In this document: positions 1-12,405 of the stretch, piece by piece
How positions within the stretch are numbered: the stretch's first letter is position 1
How the letters are laid out: each line of letters opens with the position of its first letter
Assembly (NCBI RefSeq): GCF_002571385.2
Contig: NW_019217908.1
Span: 29,853 to 93,852 of the forward strand
DNA: 64,000 bases
Reading direction: 5' to 3'
Origin: Stylophora pistillata
Lineage: Eukaryota
The notes under the pieces: model-generated
What the model saw: the letters and a program-made list of their open reading frames with translations, nothing else
Databases searched by the model: none
What the model was told of the DNA's origin: nothing
Program-made: the position numbers and the translations under genes

Positions 1-98
1 TATAATGGATTGTCTTGAGTCCCTTCAAGCAAAAATTTGGCCATTTTTATTACTATTCTGAAACCAGTTTTAATAACATAACACTTTACTCGCACTTA

Positions 99-751
99 CC
101 GCACTAGTTTCCTCGAATAATAGCCGTCCCTCGATTAATCGCCTCCCTCGAATAATCGCCCCCCTTTGACCGAAATATTTAAAATAATCGCCTCCCTCGA
201 ATAATCGCCCCCTTCCCCTCCCCTCGCCATTTTCTGTTTCTCTTACCCCCTCCCTCTCAAGTGAAAAATTGGCATCTTGGGTAACAAACAAGCTTTTATT
301 TTATTGTTCCGTGACCACTGAATGATTACTAAAGCACCGATTTTTTTACAGTTTTTTTCTATGAAAACGTTCATATACTTCATTTTTTCCTTTATTGCTT
401 GGAGCCGCTCTATTTAACACATCGGATATGCTGAAATGGATTCTGATCCAGTTAAAGTCATCAGCGATGATTCAGGTCTGACGCCGAAGATCATGATTGA
501 CATTGAACATTGATTACCGTAATCAACGAAACAAATTTGAAACACTAAAAAGCCCATGTTCGGTTTTTTATTTGATGTGATTATTTTTTTGATTTAATGG
601 TACAATAAAACAAAATATTTAAGGCACGATCTTCTGTGAGAAATATTTGAAATAATCGCCTCCCTCGAGTAATCGCCTTCCCTCGAATAGTTGCCCACTT
701 TCGGTCCGAAAAAAAAAAAATCGCCCCCGGCTACTATTCGAGGAAATACGG
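99..751. mobile_element. Non-autonomous Tc1/mariner-pogo-type DNA transposon (MITE)
   Basis: Imperfect TIRs CCG(CACTAG)TTTCCTCGAATAATAGCCG and CGGCTACTATTCGAGGAAATACGG, flanked by TA (97-98, 752-753). Subterminal AATAATCGCCTCCCTCGA repeats at both ends. A paralogous empty site with a single TA lies at ~7527. Confidence 0.85.
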
Positions 752-1138
752 TATTCCAGATATCGGATGATTTAAGCCAAGTTAGATCTTGCACACGCTC
801 GTGGAGTAATAACTTGATCGATAAACTTTGAATTTTCAAGGAAACGTGAAAGAAAGTCTTGAAGAGGCTCAGATCAGGGAAGGTAAAACAGATAGTTATT
901 TAATATTTTGTTGTTGGCGCCTCGAGAATGATTATTGCTTATTGCTTTAGAAAGCTGATATTTAGAGAAACACTTAGGGCTACTTTCCTTACAACAACAA
1001 CAATAACACGACCAAGCTTTAGGAAACGTAAGACTTGTACCCAAGCAGATGCTGTATTATAAGCCTCTTTCTCTAACATAGATGTAAGTTCTGGTAAAAT
1101 CACTACTCGTAATTAACTGCAAAAGAAATGAGTAGAAA

Positions 1139-1163
1139 TATATATATATATATATATATATAT
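1139..1163. repeat. (TA)n microsatellite
   Basis: Seen directly. Confidence 0.95.
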
Positions 1164-2626
1164 CATTCACAGTTCATAAATATAAACCTTTGTAGGAACA
1201 AGCTGCGCAAAATAAGGCCAAAAATCAAAGAAGAATATGCTGCATTAAACAAAATGATGTTAAACTTTATGGACTCATAACAACACCTTGGGTGAAAGCG
1301 AATAAAGCACTCACACTTCCTGAATCTTTATAATTAGCCTCTTTCTAGAGCACAAATAACTTTGTTTTGTTCCGATAAGATAAGGTTCAACAGTAAGATC
1401 CGTAGCTGCCAAAACAGTAGTTTAAAGCCTAAATGATTTCTACAAGCTAAATCAGAAAAGAGCAGCTTGGGACGAAGACATGTCGCCTTTTTATGACTGA
1501 AGCTTTTACATGGTTAACTGGAAAGTGCAAGCAGAGAAATGTTTAAAATGTGAATCTGCGAAAGCGAAAGAGAGCTGTCAACCTACCCAATGAGAGTATA
1601 AATAATGTTTTCGTTTCTATAATTAAATTCTTATCTTAAAGTTTAATTTTCTTCGGGTTTCAATCAGTTTACCTAGCTGGTCAAAGAATGATTTTTCTTT
1701 CCACGCCTCTCTCATGCCTTTCGCCAGCTTTTAATATATAATTGCTTTCCTTAATGAAATTAAAATAAATATGAGACAGATTACACATGAGTTAATTTCA
1801 TGCACAGCGCAGTCCAAATGGGCCTTAAATCCCCTTTCCTTGGCATTTTTATGTGTTCATAATACTCAGTTTTGTCTTCTTCATCACGGCTGAGCGATTT
1901 CCACTAATGAAGCACGTTCACATAAAGGTTATTAATATTCACCCTCCTGGCAAGACTTTTGCTCCGTGAGTTTGCTTGAAAAAGGGTGGAGCCTTAAGCA
2001 ATGCCTAGAAAAATATTCAAGAGGAGAAGATATCCAATTTTGCATGTCAAGCAAGCCATCTTTGCAAAGAGTTGACTCTTTCTTTTTCCTTTTTCAATCT
2101 ATTTTGTTAAAACAAAAAATAAAACAAACAAGTACACAACAACAACAACAACAAAAAGTAGGAAAAAAAATTAATTAAAAAGCCCCACACTTCACGGTTT
2201 TCAAAGAAAGTGAAACGGGTAGGTAGCAGAATCAAAATAAGTCAATTTGGATAACAATGATTATGTCATAAGGCACGCGATCATCATATAATCCAGTAGT
2301 AACTCTATCTACAAACACACCTACGCTTTTTCTCGGAATTTCAAGCGAACTAAGTGACATCTGAGCAAGAATTTTACGCCTGCAAACTGCTTAATACCGC
2401 TGTGGTCGCTTAGGAATATGGCAGATAAGAGAGTGATTATATGATGTAAGGGATCTAGCTATGTAAATGGCCAAATATGATTCATGAAATAAAAACATTA
2501 GTGTTCAGCCAAATTGATTTTTTCATTGTCATTTGTTCAAAGGCAAATAAAAAGAAAGGTAGTTACATTTCGCAAGATTTTCAACACCCGCTACTTTTTC
2601 ATCATGACGATATATAACTGAAATTG

Positions 2627-2709
2627 AGAAAGAAGTTTTTTCGTCTTCTCACGAGCATGGGACAAAGAAAAATTCTGAGTTCCCATGAGGAATCAAACCT
2701 CAGACCTTC
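2627..2709 (-). mobile_element. Truncated tRNA-derived SINE fragment
   Basis: Minus strand reads GAAGGTCTGAGGTTTGATTCCTCATGGGAACTCAGAATTTTTCTTTGTCCCATGCTCGTGA, with a B-box-like GGTTTGATTCC followed by a non-tRNA tail. GAAATTG occurs on both sides (2620-2626, 2710-2716), a possible TSD. Confidence 0.6.
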
Positions 2710-2744
2710 GAAATTGTTGTGATAAGTTACTAGTTAATTAACTA

Positions 2745-2983
2745 AGAGCAAATTAAAAAATATTGTTCTGCTTCAAAGCCCTAGTAGAGCATTTAGATAA
2801 TAACTTAAAAGGAGGAAGAATAATTATTCTTTTTTTTGTGCTGCTTTTATCCACTCCCATTTTACTTCATATCTGCTTCAAAACAGAAGATGGCAAAGTC
2901 AAACCTCGCCGACACTGCCCGCTTTCAAAAACCTTTTAACAACATAGAGAATTCAGCTGTTTACCCGACTAGTGACCGCGTTT
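2745..2983 (+). pseudogene. Orphan helix-8/C-tail plus 3' flank of a deleted GPCR paralogue (direct repeat of ~4108-4312)
   Basis: Aligns by eye with 4108-4312. Translates KILFCFKALVEHLDNNLKGGR versus IGLCCKALVHHFDNNLNEGK in the 3344 pseudogene tail. Confidence 0.55.
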
Positions 2984-3343
2984 CATATATTTCGTAAAAG
3001 CTGATGGTTTAAATTCTTCCTATCTGTCAAAATGTATTAGCTGCAGTTCAGCTTTCGGACAATCAACAATTGCTTTTTGCAATGTTTTCAAAGCTGCCGC
3101 ATAACCCTGACAAGCTTAAATCCAGCCACTAATAGTGAGTAACTGTCTGTCTGTCGTACTCTGGATCCCTCCTAACAATAAAGTTTCGTATTCTCACTTT
3201 AGGCAGCCACCCAGAGGAAATAGCTAGCCACATTTACATCGAGATTAACGGCACATGGCAGAGATCGTAATTGCAAAGACATTTCTACCAGAGCTAAGTA
3301 CTCTTTAGCTATTTGGTAATGAAATGTAAACTATACCTTTCTA

Positions 3344-4181
3344 ATGAATCAAACGTGTGAAAGTAAGTTTGATCTACTCTGGATAATTATATTTAGTGTG
3401 GAAACCTTGGTAATACTTTTTACCAATACTGTCATCATTATCGTGCTCTGGGAAATGAGATTTCCGTTGCGGAAAACTTCTGTTGTCTTTATATACCTGT
3501 CTATTTCTTTTATATTGGTTGATGTGGGTGCCATTGAAGAGTTAATCGGTTCTATTTTGTTGGCTTTCTTGGTTCAAGATACATTTTGTTCTCGTAGAGT
3601 ATTGTTCCTATGCTTCTATTAATTTCCTTGTCTGTATTTCTTTGGAGCAAGTCTATGCGAGAGGTGTGGCCTTTCAGTAGCAGAACCACATCGAAAAGAA
3701 CATACATATAAAACTGATCTAGTAGTATGGCTTTAAATCCGGAAGAGCACCTGCCTTTTCGTTGTTGAGCAGCTTAAGTAGACTTCTGTCAGTTGAGGCT
3801 CTTTCATGGTCTGGATCGCTTTACCTGGGTGCTTTTCTGATAAAAATCGTGGTTGCATATTCTGTTATATGGTTGTTCTCCAAAAGAAAGATCCAGAAAT
3901 TAACTACAGACGCAACAAGAATTTGGCCAAAATCTTATCTGTTGTGACTTTATTTTCTCCGATATCTTGGCTGCCTTTTGTTGTTGTGTGCAACCTAAGC
4001 TTCATCATACGAAATTACAGTGTAGTTTTTCCCAATTTAGCGATGTGTTCAGTTGGCAAATTCTCTTATGAACCCAATAATTTATTGCTTTAGAATGCCG
4101 ATTGGGTTGTGTTGCAAAGCCCTAGTACATCATTTCGATAATAACTTAAATGAAGGGAAACAACTTTTTCCGCTTCTATAG
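3344..4181 (+). pseudogene. Decayed class A GPCR pseudogene
   Basis: Motifs in shifting frames: MNQT (N-glycosylation sequon), TM1, LRKTS ICL1, SLEQVYA (degenerate E/DRY) at ~3640, SWLPF (TM6), ANSLMNPIIYCFRMP (NPxxY) at ~4057-4100. Several frameshifts and stops. Confidence 0.85.
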
Positions 4182-6417
4182 TGCTTTGAACGCTTTATAT
4201 CTTCAAAACAGAAGAAAGCACAGTCAAACCGTGCCGAAACTTCGCTTGCTTTCAAAAGACCTTTAAGCAGCGCATAGAATTCAGCCGCTTAACCAGCCTT
4301 TGACCGAGTTTCTTCGGGACTTTGAGCGCGATACTCGACAAGTTCGATTGAAATTTACGATAAGTATCTGATCAGTCTCTTGGCCGAAACGAATACGCCG
4401 CGTAATACCAGCCACAAAATGTTTTCAGAAGCAAAGACAATTTTTCATTGTATTCACTGTTAATAACATGAAAAATGAAAAATTTATGTAAATTGCAAGT
4501 TTTGGTTGGTTTCCAACCAAAAAGTAAATAAGTAGAAAGATAACACCTCAGGCTTCATTATATTTACAGTTCTTGGGTAATGAAAACAATGGCGAAAATG
4601 ATAGATTGCTTTTGGGACCATGGCTTTCGTTTTAGAATAGTATGAGGTTATGGGAAAAGTGATCTACCTATCATAAAGTCAGAGATTACACTATGCATAT
4701 GCTTCAAGGACAGAAAACCCCATTTTAGCAATGAGACCATTGATTACAGGCTTCATTTTTTGAAAGGTCGCTCCAAAGAAACTGACATGAGTTGTCGGCT
4801 TGGCAGAGGTCTCTGATCAGCTGCTGTTCATTCATGAAATACACTGAGATGGAAACTTTGGGCTCCGGCCTTTAAACTAAAATGCTGCTTTACAGTAAAC
4901 CAAGTCCTCGTCGTTTCACCCTCGAAACCTAAAATTAAGATGAATTTAAGCTGTGACTGACAGCTGTAAACTGTCTTGTCAACAAATGAATTCACTTAAC
5001 CATGTTTTTGCGATTGGCCTAGATGCATCTTAATAGAACTTCATTCATAAGAGTCATGCTGACGTAGTTCTCTTTTTTGTTCTTTTTGAAAATGAAAGTA
5101 ACTGCGTGACCAGAAAAAAAAAGCACGCGTGGAAAACTAGTCTTTGTATTTGCTCACGTCAGCAGCGCACACCCATGGGCAGGCGATGAACGCTAAATTG
5201 ACCAACCAGAGCGCGCGCTTTACTTTGGTTATGTTATAATGGCAGATGCAGCACTCGTAAACAGGTATTCCTGCAGTTTTTTTCCATCTCATTTACATGT
5301 GTATATACAATGTAGCAGAATGGATTTAGAGTTTCTAGAAAATAACTAACATGAATTATAGCATTAAATATTTTTGATCATGCATGATTATTCAAAATAT
5401 TATTTTGAACAGTTTGCGAACTGCCTCTCGGTAGCGTGCAAAGGATCAATGACAGCTGCCTATACAGATGGGGGTCGACTTTTAAAGCTGTGACATTCAT
5501 GACAGATAGGCTAGACAGATGCAAATTCAAAACTTTGGTCGATTATGTATCAGTCTTGAGTAGCCATACACCTGCATTTTACCAGAGGACTACTTTATCG
5601 TTTTCCTCACAAACTCATCCAGTTTAACTAAAAAGAAACCGCCCAACTATCGATTATCACGATTACCATAATTAAGCGCCTTTTTTTCCTTGGAAAGGGC
5701 AGCAATTTAACGTACAGACACAGTGTACTTCCAACTATCATGAGATCACTGAGTCTGGTAAGTAAATGGTAAGGATTATAAATTTTAGCAGAAGAACCGC
5801 CATTATGACAGGGAGTCATGACGAGATCGATCCTCTTTATCAAGCACTTTATGTTTTTGAGAAGATAATAAATTATATGATTTCTAGTGGTTTAAGGGAA
5901 GTGTAACCGTGATCGAACATCATTTCTCGCAGTGAACTGAATGCACAGCAGCGAATAAACAGGTGGCACGCAAAAACAACTGACAGTTTAAAACTTGTAT
6001 TATTTAGAAAATAAGACTGCATACTTTGGCCATTTAAAGTTTGATCTGAGTCAACAAATGATGCAAATATTAATCTAACTGGCATAAGCTACTAAAAACA
6101 CTTTCCCCTCCGACGGTTTAGGTGAAATTGTGTGCAGAGGGCGAAAAAGACTTTGCTGGAGAATCCGAACATTGTCGAGAGGTTTTTTTTAGCCTTAGGA
6201 AGCTAACTTGTTCCATTCCTTACTAAGACAATCGTAGGGGAAACTTCTTTTGATAATCTGTTTCTCATTTTCTCTTCGCCAGGGGACATCAAAAGCTTAC
6301 GGCTGCATTTTGCAACCACTGACCCATCTGGTTGGACGCTTTATGCACGGTAAACAAAAAAACCTATTTTTGTTATTTTCGCAGGATAATTTCTGACACA
6401 GGAGGTCAAGACCTGAA

Positions 6418-7417
6418 ATGAATGACGTAAGCAGCCATTCGCTTTCTACCTGGGAAATATGGATTTGGAGCACATCATTTCTGATGGGAAGCTTAGCTAC
6501 TATAGTAGCGAATTTGATCACGTTTCAAGTCTTCTGGAACCAAAGAAGAACTTTAAGACAGACTAGCTTCGTAATAATCAACTTGGCTTTGGCTGACCTC
6601 TGCGTGGGTTTGTCGGAGGGATGTTTTGCCGTAGAGAACTTGATATCAAGTTATGCGGGGAAAAAGCCCACTGAAATCGGATTTTTAACTGTTGACATTT
6701 TCTCAGAATGGGCCTCTTTAATCTTTCTGGGTCTTGTGTCGCTGGAGAGAATGCATGCTGTGTTTTGGCCTGTGCGACATCGCATGACTAGACAACGCAG
6801 TTATATCTATGCTATCTGCACATCATGGTCTTTTTCCAGCATATTGACCGTCATGTTTATTGTATCTTACGTAGGACTTGTCAACCAGCAAATAGCAATT
6901 GGTATATTTGTTCTTTTAATGGCTGTTTTTCCAATCTGCATTTGTGCTGTTTACTCAGCAATCTGGCTCCGTTTGCGTCACACAAAAAGGGAAAGCTTAA
7001 GAAAACACCGCCACCCAACGATGAACAAACTAACTAAGACTTTGTTGATTGCTTCTATTCTTTCATTGGCTGCATGGCTTCCTCTAAGCGCCGCATTACT
7101 GGTTAAGTTTCCTTTGTGTCAGTTGCTTGTCGTCGGTGAATACAACCCGCCTGGTTTACGGAGGGAGATTCCTACAGTATGGCAACTCCCTCTTAAACCC
7201 AATTGTTTACAGTTTACGGATTCCCGAGTTTAAAGAAAAGATACTCCGGCTATTTTGTAGGCAGCGTTGGAAGAAATTAGCTGCTCCAGAAAGAGTGAGT
7301 CAGGTGCATGCGTTAAGATCTGCAACTCCAGTACTACTTTCGTTGACATCGCCGGTTAGACTCACCACTACATCTGAAACGGTCAGGAGTATAAACCTGC
7401 ACTACAATGACAAGTAA
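6418..7417 (+). pseudogene. Class A GPCR with a single +1 frameshift (recent pseudogene or assembly indel); 332 aa if repaired
   Basis: ORF 6418-7233 gives TM1-TM6 (NLALADL, SLERMH, AWLPL). TM7 (QYGNSLLNPIVY, EFK) is in ORF 7127-7417. Deleting one T from TTT at 7108-7110 yields KFLCVSCLSSVN and joins the two. Confidence 0.85.
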
Positions 7418-10400
7418 TCGACGGATTATTAAGACTGTAATAGATTGTCTTGTGTCCTTCAAGCACCTGACCAAGTCAAACATCTGGCCACCTTTCTCGA
7501 TATTCTCTAAATCTTTATTCACAGTTATTCCAAATATCAGATGATTTGAGCCAAGTTAGATCTGAGATTGATTTTTTCACCAGATTGGTTGGAATACAAT
7601 TGAGTTTAAATTATTTTGAATGAAAAGAAAAAACTAAACAACAAACAATAAATGTAGAGCAAAGGTGGTTTTCTTCACGAATTGAGGCTGATTTGGTATA
7701 ATTATCGTTTTCTTTCTTCCCATTCTTGATGGCGGCCTAAGAACCAACCTACGTGTATGATAAAGGGAAGAAATGTCATTAAAGTCAAATTGTTAACGCT
7801 ATGGTGATTTGTGTTAGGTGGAAGTTATAAAAAATCTTTTTCATCGGAAGGATACACAGCTGTCCAGCAAAGAAGAACAAGAATAACAAAGGTATTAGCT
7901 GGCATTGTGCCCCCAACACACAAAAACATCATTTAACAACGATAAAAATCTCGCATTAAAAAGCTCCTTGGTTTTATTTTAATTTAATTATGATAAAGTT
8001 TAAGCCTATATATTCCCTTTAATCAATCCCATTATGTCAAATACTTGCCAAGGAATGTGATAAAAACATAGACAATGACGCCGAACGCATTTTATGAAAC
8101 TCCAATGTTATATTATTGCGTAAAGTAGAATTTCCTTTGTAGGTAAATAAAGGTGCTCCTTTGTTGGGTAAATAACGGACCGCGATATTAAAGTTCTCTA
8201 GATTATAAACTCTGAAGGAAGGTGTTCTTAAAGGATTTTGTAAAAGGTTTATTTTGTTTAGTGGAAAAAGAATGGCTGATTCACTGCGGTAAGTTGCCTT
8301 TGGCAACTGGGCATACGGTGACGAATCATCCTGATCGCTTAGCGTGACTGACTATTTGCATAAGTTTTTTTTTTATCTGCATTAAAATGCTGATGTTGCA
8401 GCCGATGCTATATATACTTGTTGTAGGGCAAAGTTCAAAATATTTTGGAGGAGTAGCTTTATCAATTACGTTGCTTTTTCAGTTCAAAAGTTCTCACCAC
8501 AGACAAAGCGAAAGAGATAAACAATTATTTCAAGATTGACCTCTTTCATTTCTTTCCAATTTGGTTTAAGCTATTATATCTCCCACAGAAAGACATCTGT
8601 TCTTGTCATTTGTTGTATTGTCCGATCATTTTTTTTGGGAAAATATGCTGTTATTTTCATGTCGAGTTTCAAGTATTGTTGTACCACTAATTAAAGATAT
8701 CTTTTATAACGATGAAGCTGGATGTAGAGGATGTAGCCGCCAGGACGGAAATCGATGCGGCAAATAGCATGAGTTATTCACCCACACTAAGGGCAATATT
8801 GCTGGAGTTTTTCCAAATAACTTTAAAGGTGTATGGAAGTCATTGCTATTCAAAGTGCAGCGAAGAAACACCGCCTATCTGCTGATGTTTGAGTTTCCCG
8901 ATATTGCGACAGTGGCGCTTACCATCAAACAAAGTAAGCCTTGGCTTGATTTTACTTATATTTGATTTGAAAAGGAATTCTTCGAAATAAAATTCTAAAC
9001 TTTTTTTTTTGGCTGCCAAAACGATATCGACGGTACTTCAAGACTTAAACACGAGTTTTGTATTGCAAATAAGAGAAAAGAAACACAAATTGAAACCAAA
9101 ATTCGCTTTGTACCTTATCAATAATTGATCTTTATATGCCAACCTTGTTTTCCTTCAAAGTTCAATGTTACCGGTTTAGCGTATAGTTGACCTTCAAGCT
9201 TGGAAGGAAAGGTTTTCAGAGCTCATTTGTCATAAACAGACTATACACCTATATGATTCGTCATCGCGAGGAATTAATGTTTTGTAAGAAAGCTATATTC
9301 TCTTCCCAATATAAGTTATCATTTCGGCACGACTCTTTATGACTAAATTAATGTTTCTCAGATCATAGCATGATTTTTTGAGAAATGTAGAGTGGATAAC
9401 AGCTAAAGAAGATTGCTATTCGAAGAGAGAAAGATTCGAAGTTGTAACTGATGGTTCTTGCAAATACATTGCAGGGCAAAAGGTATCATATCGGTTAAGC
9501 ATAACATTTGCGAATTATAGGAAAATTTTTTGCAGTACATTTCAAATTGTACTAAATGAACTTAAAAGGTGAAGTTTTCTTCCATGACTCGTTTCTTGAA
9601 TTATCAAAAAGCTCAACACCAACCCCCCCCCTCCTCCCTACAAAAAAAAAAAAAACGCGTACGCAACTTTATGAGGTTTTCTTTATATCTGTCGCAAATT
9701 CAGAGCTGCCTCGCCGTTTTTACTCCACTGGGATATTTTGTAGGCACTAATGATCAAAAGAAATAAATGCATGAATAAAACCTTAAGCGAATTTAAATGA
9801 TTTAAACAGACAAAACGACATACTTTTGGCGTAGGAGATCTGTGCATGTCTCTTGACCACAACGCAGCATTAATTGCGTTATCAAAATGGACGCTGTGAA
9901 TAGTGACAATAATAATAAATAGATACGTAAACAGATTAGTACTCAAGTCGCCTACATATCTGAGTTTCACGAACTGCTCTTCGACTCCTCTTCGGTTTCC
10001 ATTTGACATAAATGTAGTTTTATGTAAAACAGCTTAATGTATTTATAAGGCTCAAAAGAATAAGTAAATATGAACACGTACAATTGATTTTTAACAAAAT
10101 ATAGTACTTAATTTCCATTTGCACTTGAACTACGGTATAGTATTCTTAAAATGCCTATTATTTTGAAGGAAGAAATAGTGAAAAAAGCAAAATAATTCTT
10201 ATTATGAATAGAAAGTACAAGCATGGTGAAGAGTGAATTGTTCTTGTTGACTTTTCTTTCTATAGATCAGGTAATATCTTAAAGGTATACACATGTATTC
10301 TCCAACTTTTTTGCCAATCAGAATGAGGAGAGACGAGGCGAAGAAAGAAAGTTCTGCCTTGTTTAAGCAAAATTCAGATTGAAATAACGACGTTACAAGA

Positions 10401-11382
10401 TATACACTTTTGTAAGATTCATCAACATTTTGACTGCATGAAACAAAAAAAACAAAAAAACAAATTACTAAACTAAACTAAAAAAACAAATCAAAAGCAA
10501 AAACAAAAATTTTAATGAAGTTCGGTGTGACAATGGGCGCTATGAGAAAAAAAGGAAGCGCAGAATTTCATCTTGATACAACAGCAAGTAATGCGGAGAG
10601 GAGTCCACGATGAGCCCACGGTACGTATATAGGATGCATTTACACTTAGACTGCCTATCGGTAAAAAATGTAAATGAAAGCGAGCAGAGAAATTTTCTTT
10701 TAATGGCTCGCTACATTATCTTTAGAACACTGATCGATTAGTTTAGAATTTCTATCTCTTCTTCTATCCTGGTAGCGGGGATCAAGTCAGATTTATATCA
10801 AATACGAAACAAAAGCGAAGCGGCGAGAAATTTTACAGAGTGGCCTTAGCAATGCAAATTTCAAGTTCTGTGAAAAAATAATTTGGACTGGCAGGTGTTT
10901 AAAAAAAAAAAGGTGGAAGTTTCCTGCCCTTGTCCTCCCGACAATAACACTAATCATCGTTGCTTTCATACTCTTCACAGTTTGTACAAACACATGCAGT
11001 TATTTAGAGACGATCGTTCTTTAACATATTTCTTTTGTTTATCTTATGTCATTGAGGACACCTAATGACTAACTTGCAGACGACTTCTTTTTTGTTTTCA
11101 TTGGAACTACATTAAAAAACTTTGAATGTGTTTGCTTTATTGAATAATTAACGAGAAAACTGTGCCGTTACTAGGAGACGGATATTATTCACCTCAATTT
11201 TCAGTATGATGATGGCTACTGTTGCTTAACATTTGCATATTTATTAACGTATTTCTGCTTTGTTTGAGGTTTTTAATGGTAATACATACTGTAACAAACT
11301 AAGCGGGCAAGATTAGATGTATGTCAATTCAACCTCTAAACAATCTATGACGCTTTTCTGCAGATCTTGAGCTACTAGTGGA

Positions 11383-12405
11383 ATGAATAACAGCAGCACA
11401 GCAACACAGACCTCAGAAACAGCAGATATTACGAATATGGAATTTTCGTCCTTTGTTTTATGGTGCTTTGCCTTCGGAGTAGTGGGCATCATTGTCATCA
11501 TCGTAAATGTTATAACAATACTGGTATTTTTTTCAAGCAAATACCTTTTACGCAAAAGACACAACCATTTCTTGATCCTATTGGCAATTTCTGATATAAC
11601 AGTTGGGCTGGTTGTGATACCGTTGTACATTTATCAGCTGGTGTCTTGGTGGACTAACGAACACAGCGTGCTGCGAGATACCCTTTATGACATCTTCACG
11701 TCAATGGACATCTTATCTGGATTTGCCTCCATCTTCACATTGGCAGTAATTGCTGCAGATCGAGTCTACGCTATTGTATTTCCCTTTTACCACAAAGTCC
11801 CTCCTAAAGGAGTTTACCCTTGCATGATAGCTACTGTTTGGGTTTTATCCGGCTTATTAGTAGTGTACTACTTTTTGTTCCGGATAAATATCCTTCCCAA
11901 GGAAGCTTTCGTCTATCTGTTGTTAATTAGCATTTCGCTTTCCCTTCTGGTTATTTGCACGTCTTATATGCTAGTCTGGGCTCGCGTGAGATGTTTTGCA
12001 ATCAGTCATGGTTTGAAGGGAGCTTCATTCAGAGAGAGACGCTTGGCAGAGCTGTTGTTTCTAATCACTGTTATTTTCATGTTTACCTGGTTACCTTTCC
12101 ATATTGTGAATTTCATTTTTCACTTTTGCTTAAATTCAAAATGTCAACCTTCGACCAAACTTGTTTATTTTAGCAAACTTTTGCACTACAGTAATTCGTT
12201 TTTCAACCCCATTGTTTATTCCTACCGAAACATCGAATTTCGACAATGTTTAAAACGGCTCGCGAAGAACATAACTTCTCATTCGAAACCATTATTAACA
12301 GAGAGGAGAGAACCAAATCTTAGAGGGGATCAGAGAAAAAGAAGGATGGTACTGGAGAGGCAAGAAGCGTTTCGTCGCATTATGGTGAAAGAAAGCAGAG
12401 TTTAG
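11383..12405 (+). CDS. Class A GPCR, adenosine/biogenic-amine receptor-like orphan (340 aa)
   Basis: Seven hydrophobic segments with LAISD (TM2), ADRVY (TM3), TWLPFH (TM6), NSFFNPIVY (TM7), N-terminal NxS sequon. Intronless CDS. Confidence 0.95.
   Translation: MNNSSTATQTSETADITNMEFSSFVLWCFAFGVVGIIVIIVNVITILVFFSSKYLLRKRHNHFLILLAISDITVGLVVIPLYIYQLVSWWTNEHSVLRDTLYDIFTSMDILSGFASIFTLAVIAADRVYAIVFPFYHKVPPKGVYPCMIATVWVLSGLLVVYYFLFRINILPKEAFVYLLLISISLSLLVICTSYMLVWARVRCFAISHGLKGASFRERRLAELLFLITVIFMFTWLPFHIVNFIFHFCLNSKCQPSTKLVYFSKLLHYSNSFFNPIVYSYRNIEFRQCLKRLAKNITSHSKPLLTERREPNLRGDQRKRRMVLERQEAFRRIMVKESRV

Noticed and set aside
110-210. Short direct repeats AATAATCGCCTCCCTCG resembling a CRISPR array
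   Set aside because: Irregular spacing, no unique spacers, no cas genes, and they lie inside a TA-flanked MITE in eukaryotic DNA.
2627-2709. Possible tRNA gene
   Set aside because: Only a B-box-like half is present, with no A box or cloverleaf, and it is followed by a SINE-type tail.
7219-7233. Frameshifted 6418 product ending DSRV as a selected PDZ motif or programmed frameshift
   Set aside because: It is the alternative reading of the conserved RIPEF codons. No slippery heptamer was seen at the shift, so it is most likely coincidence.
8700-8950. Minus-strand peptide SATVAISGN...FHTPLKLF resembling TM1-ICL1 of another GPCR relic
   Set aside because: Similarity is weak, needs frameshifts, and no E/DRY, WxP or NPxxY was found downstream.
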